This document shows, in pieces, positions 12,895 through 25,145 of a DNA stretch of 60,444 bases. This DNA comes from Saprolegnia diclina VS20 (lineage: Eukaryota): assembly GCF_000281045.1 (NCBI RefSeq), contig NW_008246069.1:440369-500812 (forward strand), written 5' to 3'. Position 1 is the stretch's first letter. Each line of letters opens with the position of its first letter. Below the pieces are notes generated by a model. The model had not been told where the DNA came from, did not search any database, and saw only the letters and a program-made list of their open reading frames with translations. The position numbers were made by a program, and so were the translations under genes.

Positions 12895-15483
12895 CTATGC
12901 ATTGGAGTCCTTGCGCCGGCGGCGCTTGCGCGACTTGCTTTTGCCGCCTTTGGGTGGAGGCGTCGTTGGAGTTGGCGCAAGCAAAGCGTCCAACGTCGCA
13001 ACCGACGTTAAATCTCTGTCTTTGAAAAAGTGTGCGTCCACAATGGCAAGCGCCTCGGACTCCGATCGCTCTCCTGGTGGCGCCGTCCGATCTGCGTCGC
13101 CCAGAAAGGTCGCGCGGCACTGTGTTGCGAGGTCGACAATCGTGTCGCGGAAGCGGTCGGGGAACATGGCCGCCACTTGCACAATGATGGGGAAGAGCTG
13201 CAAGCGGTTCGCAATGCGGGTCGGCGGCATTGTTGGAAGCCATTTCATGAGAAAACTCGGGAACTTCTCGGGAGCAATGACGTTGAACGCCTTGACGGTT
13301 GCCATGACGAGAAGCACAATGACATCGGGTATGGCTTCCTCATATTTTGCATTTTCGATGAGCCCGACGGCACAAGTGTCCAAGAAGACGATGGCCGAAT
13401 CGCGCGTCGACGGCGCGATCGTCAACTGGTTTGTGACGAGCCACGAGACGGCAATCACGACTTTGAAGCCAGCGAGCAGCGCCACCTTCTCCATGAGTCG
13501 CTCGTCGCAGCGGCCAATTTGGTCCATGACGCGCAAGAGACTGAAGCCACTTTGGAGGCTTGACGTATCGAAGAAGTCACCGAGCACGTGTCCGTCGACA
13601 TCCGTCGTAATGACATTCAGATACGGCTTTTGAACCAGCGCCGGTTGCAGCGCGACCGCCTTGAGAAGAAGGTCGGGCAGGACGTCGAGTCGCCAAGCAG
13701 TGCCTTTTCCCAGTGATAGCAGTGTGTACACCCCATGGCGGTGCTTGTAGAGGAAGCTGTCGACAACCGACACGAGCGCCGGCGGCAGCTTCTGGCCCAG
13801 CCAGTGGCCGTTCGCATCCAACGGCGCCATGTCGTGAAGATACCAGTCCATGAGAAGCATGTTCTCGTCGATCGTCCAGGTCAGCCATGTGCGTTGGTGC
13901 ACGAGTACCTCGTGCCAGCAGCGCTTGAAGAATTCACAAACAAACGGCTGCTGCAGTGGGGTGACCTTGCTGTCGCTGGTGGCCCCCGCCAAATTAGCCA
14001 AGAGTCGAGCGATCGAGCCCACACTGACTATGACCCAGCGTTGGATGAGCCGCAACATCGCCTTCTGCAGAGCTGGCCACCCGTACTCGAGTAAGCACAA
14101 GTGGATCATGTAGGTTGCCGCATAGTGGTCGAGTCGACCATAGACCGAGACCGCCTCGCTAAGAAAGAGCTCCGCCATGGTGACGTTGTTGCTATCAACC
14201 AAGGCGTCGGTCATCATGACGACGTACTTGAACGGCAATTTGCCCAAAACGTGCTGGCGCGACATGCTTCGGAAGAGACCAATGGCACCGCGAACAAGGT
14301 CGTCGGCACTGTCGAGACCGAGCTTGTTGGCTTTTGGCTTCAAAATCGCTTTCTCGAGTAGCGGGAGGGCGACGTCGACTCCCACGATGCCGACGCGACA
14401 GGCCTTGGGCCAAAAGAGAATCGCGGTAAACGGACACCCATCGCTGTCTTCGTCGTCACCGGGTGGAATGGGGCGGTCGCGAAGAAAGGCGCTGGCGCTA
14501 TTTCCAAGCAAACGCTCCCGAACAACCTTGGGGATGCGGCACGACGGGTGTGGCACGCACGCGGTCACTTCATTGATAATTCCAGTGTCGGAGATAGACG
14601 AAAGGAAATCCACCTTCAACTGCACAAGCGTGACGTCGTAGCGCTGCGTGGCGACGAGGATACCAACAAAGTCCGCGTCCGCTGGCGTCAACGCGTCAAA
14701 GGTAAGCGCTGACAGTGCGTATGGAATCGGGCGAGCAATGCGTTGAAAGAATGGCAGCGGCGTCGTTGCGATCGTTGCAAACGCAGAAATGGTCTCGTGC
14801 CGCGGCACCGGGAGGAGCGACGTGTCGTTGAGCGGAAGGTGCATCCCGACCAAGTGATATACGAGCGCGGCGCGGTAGCCAGACGTGATGGGCGCGGATG
14901 ACATTGTCGTGTTTCGGTACGTAGCCAAAAAGCGCATTGCCTTTTTGAGCGGCTTCAACTGCACCAACGTGGACGCGCCATCGTACGACACCGTGATCTT
15001 GCCACCATTGTATGGAGAAGGCAGCACAAGCACGAGTGTGCCAAAGAGAGTCCTGTCAAAGGACTCTGCGTCAATGTAATGGGGTGTGAACGCGTCCACC
15101 GAGCCCTTCGTGTCGAGACACAAATGCGAAAAGTACACCTGGAGACTCGTCGTCGTGAGCCCCAGCCCGAGGTCGACGGTGTCGACAATCTGGTCGTACA
15201 AATAGTCTTGCCACGGACTCTCGTCTTCGTAGCCGGTATCTGTGTCTTCCAGCGGAACTGAGATGCTACCGTTGACAGCAGTGTAGCGCGCGAAGAGCTG
15301 TTGCTCTTGTGCTGGCGGCAGAGGCCATTGCAGGATGCCGTCGACGCCCTCGACGCGGAGCTCGGGCAACGTGTCATTGGACACCTTGTCCGAGTAGGCA
15401 AACGTCTTGGCTGCTCGGTATTTTCGCATCGCGGCTTCGTGCGCGGCGATGCTGTGGTTGATGGACCCGTTCACGACGCGCAT
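12895..15483 (-). CDS. Degenerate 2OG-Fe(II) oxygenase-like protein (paralog B), intronless, 862 aa
   Basis: Intact ORF; FTPHYID...FGTLVLVLPSPYNGGKITVSYDG...APITSGYRAALVYHL; colinear homology with 7022-9537; basic C-terminus KSRKRRRRK (NLS-like). Confidence 0.85.
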   Translation of the reverse strand: MRVVNGSINHSIAAHEAAMRKYRAAKTFAYSDKVSNDTLPELRVEGVDGILQWPLPPAQEQQLFARYTAVNGSISVPLEDTDTGYEDESPWQDYLYDQIVDTVDLGLGLTTTSLQVYFSHLCLDTKGSVDAFTPHYIDAESFDRTLFGTLVLVLPSPYNGGKITVSYDGASTLVQLKPLKKAMRFLATYRNTTMSSAPITSGYRAALVYHLVGMHLPLNDTSLLPVPRHETISAFATIATTPLPFFQRIARPIPYALSALTFDALTPADADFVGILVATQRYDVTLVQLKVDFLSSISDTGIINEVTACVPHPSCRIPKVVRERLLGNSASAFLRDRPIPPGDDEDSDGCPFTAILFWPKACRVGIVGVDVALPLLEKAILKPKANKLGLDSADDLVRGAIGLFRSMSRQHVLGKLPFKYVVMMTDALVDSNNVTMAELFLSEAVSVYGRLDHYAATYMIHLCLLEYGWPALQKAMLRLIQRWVIVSVGSIARLLANLAGATSDSKVTPLQQPFVCEFFKRCWHEVLVHQRTWLTWTIDENMLLMDWYLHDMAPLDANGHWLGQKLPPALVSVVDSFLYKHRHGVYTLLSLGKGTAWRLDVLPDLLLKAVALQPALVQKPYLNVITTDVDGHVLGDFFDTSSLQSGFSLLRVMDQIGRCDERLMEKVALLAGFKVVIAVSWLVTNQLTIAPSTRDSAIVFLDTCAVGLIENAKYEEAIPDVIVLLVMATVKAFNVIAPEKFPSFLMKWLPTMPPTRIANRLQLFPIIVQVAAMFPDRFRDTIVDLATQCRATFLGDADRTAPPGERSESEALAIVDAHFFKDRDLTSVATLDALLAPTPTTPPPKGGKSKSRKRRRRKDSNA

Positions 15484-15601
15484 TTGTCTAAGATGGCTTT
15501 CTTTGAAATGTAAACTTCAAAAGCGGAATGTCCTCCAATCAACGCTTGTTCCATCGCCATTACGCATCGGATTGGCTAAAAATAGTATATGACGTGGCAG
15601 C
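15484..15601 (-). promoter_or_regulatory. Promoter of 2OG-like paralog B with the same conserved blocks
   Basis: Reverse complement reads GCTGCCACGTCAT...TTTTTAGCCAATCCGAT...CATTTCAAAGAAAGCCAT...ATG. Confidence 0.6.
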
Positions 15602-16487
15602 GTGGTGGCCTGCACTCAGCTCAAACGTTCGTCCACAAACGCAAGCCCATAGCTACCTCCCCGACAAGTCGAGTGCTACGCACGCCGAATGGATTACTCT
15701 TTAAAGATGTGACTGCCTGTGGACATACAGGGAGGGCGGCGGAAGACATTTCTAGGTATTACTGTATCACGGTCAGGCAGAGGCTCGACCCGCCATTCTT
15801 GCATCCAGTGAGGAGAAATGGAGGATCGAGTCGCGCGAGTTGACCGAGTACGTCACGGCGGGAACGCACTCAAGTACACAGCGTCACGTTGGTCTAAAAA
15901 TTGGGTTTTTGCTCTGAAAATCGATGGTTCGCAGCTCGCATTAGTTAACAGGTATCGAGTGACGATGCCGCCTGTTGCGACCGTGGACGTCGGGCGCAAT
16001 GGTACGTCATATTGACCACCTGCGATGCAGCTCGATGCCAGGCGTCTACGTCAAGAATTTATATATCTCAACGCGAACATAGTCCAGCGGTCCGCCCAGT
16101 CTACTGTGCATTTCCCCACGCCCGAGGTGCTGGACGTGGATTAAGGACAAGTACTTATTGGCTCACGGGCCAAATGGGCGGCAACACGGCGGCGCCTATG
16201 CAGACGCGTGTGCCTGGACAAAGCGGCGCTTGCAGCTCGACAACTGACGCCAACCGCGCGGCCACATCGACGGTGATTGCTCTTGATCGTTCGCAGTCGT
16301 CGTACGGTGAGCTCGGCGACATGCGGCCGTGCCAGTCGGCCCGTCAAGACGGATGTACGATCGATGCTTCAAGACCGGTATTGCCTAGTGTTAGCACACT
16401 GGAGCTATAATGGTGCCAGACGTGCAATCACAGGGCGCGATAGGTGCGGCAGGGTCACGGACAAGACGCGTGATGTGATTTAGGTTA

Positions 16488-16790
16488 TTAGTTGCGGACA
16501 CCTTCCATGACGGACTTCTCACCAGGGTACAGCTTGCTGATGGCAACCTGTCGCCGGAGGATCGCGAGCTGGTCGTGGCCAAACGCCAAGGCGGCCTCGG
16601 CCTCGGCGCCGGCGGCGCTCTTCTTGGCGTGGAAGTCGGACTTGATGCGGCGCTGGGCGTACGAGCGGAACGTGTAGTTCTACAGAAGAGGCATGAGAGG
16701 ACCGATTATGCTGGCAGATCGCACCTCGTACTGGGCGGCCTGGCGCAGCATCGTGCGGTACAAGCTCAGGACCTTCTGCTGTTGCGCCAT
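16488..16790 (-). CDS. LYRM4: LYR-motif protein 4 / ISD11 (mitochondrial Fe-S cluster assembly), 2 exons
   Basis: MAQQQKVLSLYRTMLRQAAQYE|NYTFRSYAQRRIKSDF...RRQVAISKLYP; GT-AG intron 16680-16724. Confidence 0.9.
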
Positions 16791-17096
16791 CGTGCTCGAA
16801 ATGAATTGAGAACACCAGTGAAGATGGGGTCAGAAATACATCGATGCCATTGGCCAAAAGCACACCGATTCGGCCAATCCAATTCTCGATCCTAAATTAT
16901 TTCCCGCTTATCGACCAATCCAACGCGTGAACCATACCAACGCAGTATAAAACCGTGCCACACACGCTAGCGCCATTGCATTCGCTAAAAAGATTGCATT
17001 TGCAACGTTTCAGCCAATGAATATGCGATATATCGCCACATTTCAACGAATCAGAAGCACGCGTCGTCAAACCTCGTATCTTTTGCGGTCGCCACG
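16791..17096. promoter_or_regulatory. Bidirectional promoter (LYRM4 / IQ-WW gene) with several CCAAT boxes
   Basis: ATTGG at ~16849, GCCAATCC at ~16874 and ACCAATCC at ~16914 between divergent ATGs. Confidence 0.5.
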
Positions 17097-20000
17097 ATGG
17101 AGATGCAGAAGCTCCTGGCGCATCTGCGCAGCATCGAGGCCGGCCACGACACGAACGAGCGCTTCCTCGAGCGCTTGGCGCCGTCGTCGAGTGGCGTACC
17201 TACCAAGGCGGATGATATTTACACGCTTCTGCGCAAATCCAGGACCAAGAAACTACCGGCCAAGAAGCCACCGCGGCAACAACGGCCAGCACAACCGCAG
17301 CCCCGGCCCGAGTCGCTCCACGACCGGCGCGAGCGATTGCACACTGTCATGTCGTACGAGCTCAACCGAAAAGCCAATTTATCAGTACTCCCGCTGCCAG
17401 CGCCGGTGGCATCGCCGCCCAAAGCGCGTCTTCTCGACCAAAAGCTGCAAAAAGCGCTGACCTCGGCGCGCCATCACCAGGCCGACGAGGTTCGCGCGGC
17501 TGAGATCGACGTCGACACGGCGCTTCACGACGCCGAGACGCTCCTTCCGCTGTCGTTCCTCATGGAGCGCAACCTCGCCGCGCTCTGCCAGTCGAAAGCT
17601 GGCGCCATCATCAAGCGAGCGTTCGAGACCTTCTTGTTGCACTTTTACGACGACGCATGGCACCACTGGATGACCTTTGTAGCATTATCTCGGGAACAGG
17701 AACGAGATGCGGCCGTGCGGGTCCTTAGCCGCGTCTACCGCGGGCACCGCGCCCGGCGGGCCTGTGTCCAGCTGCGCGCAACGTATGCCGCGCTCCACGC
17801 CGCGACGGCGGCAGTGCTCGACCAACGCATCGCGCACCGCCGCGTGTCGGCGCTTACGATACAAATGACATTTCGACACAACGGCTTACGCCGGCGGCAC
17901 GCCGAGGCGGCCGCCAAGCATGCCGCTGCCCGCGTCATCCAGCACCTCGTGCTCTATCAGAAAGCCCGCGCACTTCGCTTCGCCGCCATGCTCGCCGACG
18001 TCCGGCGCCACGCGGCCGCTACCACCATCCAGCGCGTCTTCCGCGGCCGCCGCGGTCGGTGCGACGCCGCCCGCGCAGCGCTACACAAGAAGCGCGCCGC
18101 GATCGTGGCCAAGCTCTGCGACCCGACACTCGCGATCGCCAACCGGTTCGAGTCCCACGGCGCGGCGTTCCGGATTCAAACCTGTGCACGGGCTTGGCTT
18201 TGTCGGCGCGCGGGTCGTCGGTACCGCGCGACCGTACGCCAAGAGGCGGCCATGATGTTTCTCACGCAAGCGCTCGCCTCATACGTGGTGTACCGCAACT
18301 ACAAGAGGCGCAAGTTAGGCCTGCTGGCTTCCCTTCCGGCGCGCATGGCCGCTGCACGACTGCTCCAGCGTGTGATCAGTACGTGGATTCTACGGCGCAA
18401 GTGGCAATTGAATCGCCTCGTCCGGCGGAAGCAAGCACGCTTGATGCGGGTCGAGGCCTATGCCAAGCGCCGGGCCCAGCCGCTCGCGCTCGTGTCGCGC
18501 GGGCTCCAAAAGGCGCAAAACCGCGCACGCGGCGCGCTCACGTCATTTTTGTCAGCGTCGAGCGCGGCGGCGAGAGCCTCGGATCGGCGTCGACACGCCG
18601 CCGTCATCATCCAGCGCGCCTGGCGCTGTGCGCGACTTCGCTACAAGAAATACTTGAAGACACTGTACGCGCAAATCGAATTCTTGCAGCTGCGCAAGAC
18701 GGCGCTCTTTGCCCATGCGACGCGCATCCAGAAGCTGTGGCGCGGCCGCCGAGCGCGCAAGCAAGTGAAATACCTCTGGCTCGACAAGGTCACGCGCAAC
18801 GCCGTGGCCAAGTGGCGTGCGCGCCGGCACCGGCGACGCACGCTGGCAGCCCGACGTATCCAGCGCAAGGTCCATTTTTCAATGAATTGCGTGTTTGAAG
18901 CGAACGACGCTGTCTAGTTTCGAGGTATCCGCGGCCGGCGACTGGCAAAACTCGCACTGGCCGAGATGGCTTGTGCTCGGCGCTGTGCCACAACGCTCCA
19001 GCGTCTCGTGCGACCCTGGCTCGCCATGCGCTATGTATACATTGACACTATGGGACGTGACAACCATAGTGGTGTCTAGATGCACCGGCTTCGTGACACG
19101 GTGCGCCGTCGCCACGAGACGCACCTCGTATGTGCTGCCTCGCTTCAGTGCTGTCGCCAAGCCGCCGTCGAGTATTTGATCTTCAAGTCGCTTGAAGGCG
19201 CCATCGGTGACGTTCTCGTACGTGTTTTTGAGATGACGTTGTGCCAAAATGCAATCTCAAACTCAAAAATTGGGTGTAGATATACCCGGCGTGGCTGAGC
19301 AGCGGGAGCGGCTTTACGCCGCAACAGGTTTCGTTTCCACTACTTCAGCTGCTCTTCCTCGACTACAACGGCCTCAAGCGCGAACACTTGAGCTCGATGC
19401 CGTTGAAAGAGCTCCAGCAGCTGCGACTGGACCGGTCGAAGTTTCTCAAAGTGTTTCGAGACGCGTTCCCCAATACGTCACGGCACATGGACATGTCGTC
19501 GGACGCTGATAAGGTCCTCGGTCGCCTCAAGGAGCACCCGAGTCAGTCGCGCATCTCACTCTCGTACGCGATGTTTACGGCGGCGCTCAAGGACATGGCA
19601 ATACTCGAAATCAAGTCGAAAAAAGAAGATCTCTCGCCCGACGCACGCTTGCTCACACTCGTGACCAAGCACATCAACAGCGGCAAATGGGCAACCAAGT
19701 ACAAAGGTACGTCATCGAAGGACATCATGTGTCGCTGTATGATGTGCTGACTAGCTGCGGACCAGCTCGTTCTATACGTCAACCAGTGGCTCGAACATGC
19801 TGCGCGGCGGATCCAGCGCCTCGCCCGACGAGCGCGAGACCGAGATCGTGGCAACGCTCTCTTGCACATCAAGCGCGTCGAGTGGCAGGTACAACCGACG
19901 CCGTATATCGCGTCACGGAATCGCGGCGGTAGCAACGACTGGTGTCGGAGGCGGCGGTGACCATTCAACGGGCGTGGCGACGGCGGGCGTCACAGAGCTA

Positions 20001-23000
20001 TCTGCGGTCTCTTGTGCGCGCGGTACACTCTTCTATTCACAAAGTTTGCAGTGGGCGAACGAAATTAGGTGTTTCGCAAGTACATTGACGCCGCGACGGG
20101 GCTTCCGTACTGGACCAACCCACGCACGGGCTACTCGACGTGGACCAAGCCGCGCTTGCTCGGCAAAGGCGACGTCGACACGGACGTGATTCCAATGGCC
20201 GATGCAGATACCGAGTATTCGATCCGCTGCACCAACTGCAACGTTTGTGGTCGGAATATTGTCTATGCGTGTTCAATAATATTGTTAGATCAACCCGATC
20301 GCCGAGTCGTGCTTTCACTGCGAAGACATGTACTGCGCATCGTGCTACGCGCAGCTGCATGCCAAAGGCAAGATGGCGTCCCACATTCACTTTCCTGTCC
20401 AAGGCTGCAGTCTCTGCAAGTTCCAGGTACTTGGTGCCCACTTGATGATTGCTGAGCACAACAGGTCGGAACGCGCCACTGCCACCAATGCAACGCCGAC
20501 TATTGCGACAACTGCATGCATTATGTCCATCAAAAGGGCAATCTCGCATTTCACACGTAGACCGAAAGATTTTCGGTCTACGTGATATGATATATCGACT
20601 AGGGCCGACCCGCTTGTCCCGCTTTGTCCCGACTGCAAGCAAGTGCGTGCGGTGCGCGTGCAGTGCCTCACACACGACGTCAAGCTGTGCCTGTCGTGCG
20701 CCCACGCCCACCCGCCCGAGCTCTGTCGACTCGAGGTATGTCCTTTTGCTTTATTTCAACCTAGGAAATGGAAATGAGAATGGATAACTTGTCTAGACGA
20801 TCCCGTTCATGCCGTTCTCGCTCGACGACGCAATGAACCGCGTGCATATCGACCGACGCGAAAAGCTCGAAGCCGAGCAAAAGCGCATGCACGACCAGCG
20901 CGACCTGGAAGCACGGCGTCTTCAGGGCGCACTGCGCATCCAGCGCAACTGGCGGCGCAAGGTATACGATTCTCCTTGGATTGATGATGGAATGTATACA
21001 CCACTGTCTTGTAGCTGGCGCACCAAAAAGGGTTCGAAAAACTTCTTTCGTTGGCCACGGCCAAGCAAGCTGAGTGGGCCAAACGCCAGCGCGACCGCAA
21101 GGTGAGGGACGACACCCACGGTCGAGCGATGAACAATATTGTCTTAGAAACAACGGACACTCGGGTTTGCGGTCAAGGACATCTTTGGAAAGGCCGGGTT
21201 CCTCGAGACCGACACGCCGGCCCACCAAGTGCTGCGCCGTCTCAACGTCTACACGCGCCACAAGGTTTGTGGAGGCTTTTTCGACAGAGTGTCCACGCTG
21301 GTGTCGACAGATTCTTGCGCGGATTCGAAAACTCCAAGTGCCGCTCGACGAATACCTCTTCCTCGGCGTCCTACTACCCGGGCATGCGTCGGTTGCCACT
21401 GTACGGATCTTGAGCCAGATGCTTGGACGAGAAGCGAGATGCCTTGTTTAGGGCAGCACGCTCCTTGAGACGAGCGAGGACGTACGTGGCTGGGTCGTGA
21501 ATGGCCAAGCGTTGCGGTGCGTCGCACTGTGATCTCGCTGCGTTTAGCATTTCGGGCTAGAATCCAAGACCACGTGTGCTACATCCACGCTTCCGAAGCC
21601 ATGCTCGAAGCTAGTATTGCGCTTCACACGCCATTTCGCCCTGAGAGCGCGGTGCGGTCCCCGTATTACGCAATCGAGTTCTCGACGCAATTTCCCACCA
21701 ATCTCAAAGACATGTTTGCATGGAATCATCAAAACAGCTCACCAGACACACTCCGATCTAGGCAAAAGAAAACCGGTTTGGCCAAACTGCACAAGGCCGT
21801 CCCAGACGTTCACGTCGCGAATGCACGTACGTCTGGTACTCCGCTTTCTTGGCTGCTAGAAGCTGGTGTGGTAGTGGCGAGCCTCGGTACCAAAGTGCAG
21901 TCCCTCGCCCACCGCGTCGACGAAGACTCGTTCTTGGGCAAGTCCCTTAACAAAATGGCCAAGTCGGTACAAGGCGCCGCGCTGCGCAAAAAAGTCGCAC
22001 TAGAAATTCGCAACGAAGAGCAAGCCGAGCAGCTTGACCTCGACAAGAGGAGCGAGCGCCGGCGGTCGGTGATTAGCGCCGGTCGACGGCGATCAAGCAT
22101 CTCGATGACGGCCGTGGCGGCGGCAGTGCGCTTGGCGTCCTTTGCCGAGCTGGAAGGGCTCGCGCCACTGGAGAGTAAGGACGACGACGAAGACGACCCG
22201 CCGCCGGAGGCTGCTACTGCTGAAGGCCACACCAGCTACGACCCGTCGCACGACGCATCAAGTGGTTTTGCTGGCACATATGCTGACGGCACGTCAAGCT
22301 ACCCAGCCGATGTCCACGCAGATAGTCATGTGGATGCATATGAGGGTGCCACTCAAGGGATTTACGATGCCAGTACCGCCTACACCGAGGCAGCGTACTA
22401 TCAGCAGACGACCGACAACTACGGCGCGTACAGCTCGGACACGGACCCCGCATATTATGACTTTACACAGCCCACGTACGACGCGGCTGCAACGAGCAAT
22501 GGCGGTGGCTACTACGCAGCAGCGTCCGAGGTGTACGGCCAAGAGGTGACTGCTGCGTACGATGCGTCGAATAGTGGCTACGGCGCCACTGCAAGTTACC
22601 CCAGCGGCGAGTACTCGGTGAGCGGTGCTACGACAGTTGACGGCTACGAACCAAGCTACGCTGATCTCTACGCGGCTGCCCCATTGATGGACGGATCCGT
22701 CTTGTACGACAGCCATGCTGCGTACGAACCAACATCGTTCGGTGATTCGTCCTATGGTGGGGCACACTATGAAGCGCAACCAGCGACGCAAGCGACTGCG
22801 CTGGAGACACCCTTGGCGTACGCTGCAACATCGTACGACGACTACGCTGCCGCCAGCTACGACTTGACTCAGAGCTATGCCCAGCAAGCCGGCTACGACC
22901 AGCAAGGTGGCTACGGTGCCGCTTACGATCAACCAGCCGCGTACGGTCACCAAGCTGGCTACGATCAGCAAGCCGGCTACGATCAGCAAGCCGGCTACGA

Positions 23001-23262
23001 TCAGCAAGCCGACTACGATCAGCAAGCCGGCTACGATCACCAAGCTGGCTACGATCACCAAGCTGGCTACGATCACCAAGCTGGCTACGATTACCAAGCC
23101 GACTACGATCTGCAAGCCGGCTATGATACTACGAACGGCGGCGCGTACGACACGTCAGCGCCTAGTGACGCCACCGACCCGTGGCAAGAGATTTACGACC
23201 CGCAGAGTGGTCAATTGTACTATTACAACACGATAACGGGCGAATCCGTCTGGAAAACATAA
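17097..23262 (+). CDS. Large IQ-motif / WW / B-box-type zinc finger protein with Tyr-rich low-complexity tail, multi-exon
   Basis: Many IQ motifs (TIQRVFRGRRGR, IIQRAWR, RIQKLWRGRRAR); WW domains YWTNPRTGYSTWTKP and WQEIYDPQSGQLYYYNTITGESVW; Cys/His CEDMYCASCYAQLH...H segments; single-gene linkage inferred from GT-AG introns. Confidence 0.7.
22951..23130 (+). repeat. Coding 18-bp tandem repeat x10 (QAGYD[Q/H] hexapeptide)
   Basis: CAAGC(C/T)GGCTACGATCA(G/C) units with period 18. Confidence 0.95.
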
Positions 23263-23297
23263 GACAACTTGTCCATCCGCGTGATACACTGGAATTT

Positions 23298-25136
23298 CTA
23301 CGCTACGATCGCGAAAAAGGTGGCAATGGCGACCGAGAGCAGCGCAACAGACGTCGTCGCCGCCGCGTTTTCGCCCGTCGTCGTCGAGTTGCCGTCCTTC
23401 CCGTTGGAGCTGCCGCCGGACGCGCCGCTCACAAGCTTCTTCTTGGGGGCGGCCGTCGCCACTTCGAGGGTCAACTTTTTCTTGTTGGAGGCGCCGCCGT
23501 TGCACACAGGTTGTGCGTTTGAGCAGCCGAGGATCGGAACTAGCATCGCGTGAGAGATGTATCTACCAAGGAAGGAGTACCCTTGGGCGTCGGCGGCAAG
23601 TCGACGGTCGGAAAGTCGGCCGGGCACGTCATCACCGTCGACCGCGCCGGCGTGAACGCGTCCTTCTTGATAGTCGACGGCTTGGTTCCAGCGTACGCTT
23701 TCGCAAGGTTGTCGAACTCGGGGTACTTCTTGTAGACGCACGGGATTGTCTCGTGGTCGCAGTTGTCGGGCGTAAAGTACCCGATACCATACCGACCGGC
23801 GTCCTTCTTGGCATACGGCGGTGTCGCTATTGACAGCGATGAGACATGTGTAGAAAAGACTAGGGAGAACACACCCGTCTTGTCGATGAGGTTGGCCTTC
23901 TCGACGCTGTACTCGAACGCGTTGCCGCCCGAGACGTACTCGGTCATCTCAGCTTCTTCGTTCATCCATTTTGCCTATCGGGTCCATTGAGCGTCACGTC
24001 GAACGTCGTAGACATGCTTACGTCCAAAAAGGTGCGCTGCTGCTCAATGTTGTCGATCGTGTTGGTGATATCGATGCAACCAAACTCGCCAAAGACGATC
24101 GGACGCGAGTAGCCCGCCTTCTTGTAGTCCCCCACAAGCTTTTGCAGACCCTTGGAGTCGGCGTACGACATGTGCGTAGTCGGGTCGCACTCGACGTACG
24201 GGTTGAAGCCGATCCTATCGACAATATTGCGTCAGCGTCTAGTCTAGAGCTATAGAGCCGATCGAACTATACCATTCGGCACGGGTGTTTTCGTCGTTGT
24301 TCTTGAGACAGTCGTAGTAGCCGAGCCAGGACGCACGCGGGTGCGACGGCGTGTCAATGTCGGCGTTGTCGAGACCGATCGGCACCTGACGCACCGAGCC
24401 CGCGCACGTGTCGCCGTACGCACGAACGTCGCGAATGAGGGCCTTGACGCACGGCGCCGATTTTTCAATCTTCTTGCCCAAGTTGTTTTCATTGCCGACA
24501 CTGAAACCCTAACCACAAACATGGCGTTTATACCCGACACGATAACACAAGTAACAACGTACGAGCACGTTGTCGTAGACTGCAAACGCGTTGTAGATCA
24601 TTTGGGCGCGCGTAAAAATTTCCGGCGAGTAGCACGTCGGCGCGGGCTCATCGAGAATGTAGCAGCCAGGGCAACTACAAATATGAGATTTTAGTTCAAC
24701 AGACTAGGAAATAGGGGAGGACGTACACAGCCGACATGCCCACAAACACGTAGATGCCCATTTTGCTGAGCTCGCACATAAACTTGTCGTGGGATTTGGT
24801 CGGGTCCACCGCGTACATGCGCAAGGTGTTGACGCCGAGCGCCTTGAGTTGCGCGAGCTGCGGCCGCCAAATCGACTCCATCTCGTCCGTGAACCAGTCG
24901 ACCGAGTTGGCGTCAAAGTTCTTGCCCGTGTTGGCGCGCGGGTAGAAGCTAATGCCCTTAATGCGGAACTCGGCGCCCGTGACGCCGTCAAAGAACTTGT
25001 AGCCCTTGATGACGAGCGGGTTGAGCCACCCGGCGCCCGTCGACGCCGTGCTGTTGGCCGTCGCGGGGGTGCCGAGGGCCGACTGCGCGGCTACGGACGT
25101 AGCCGCTGCAAAAGCAAGCACGCTGGAGAGAAGCAT
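23298..25136 (-). CDS. GH72 1,3-beta-glucanosyltransferase, paralog 2; multi-exon
   Basis: Signal peptide MLLSSVLAFAAA; same GH72 motifs and corresponding introns as 10561-12341; GPI-signal-like tail VALLSVAIATFFAIVA. Confidence 0.9.
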
Positions 25137-25145
25137 CAGACAAAT

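Noticed and set aside
22951..23130. CRISPR-like regular repeats
   Set aside because: No spacers; in-frame coding hexapeptide repeat in a eukaryotic gene
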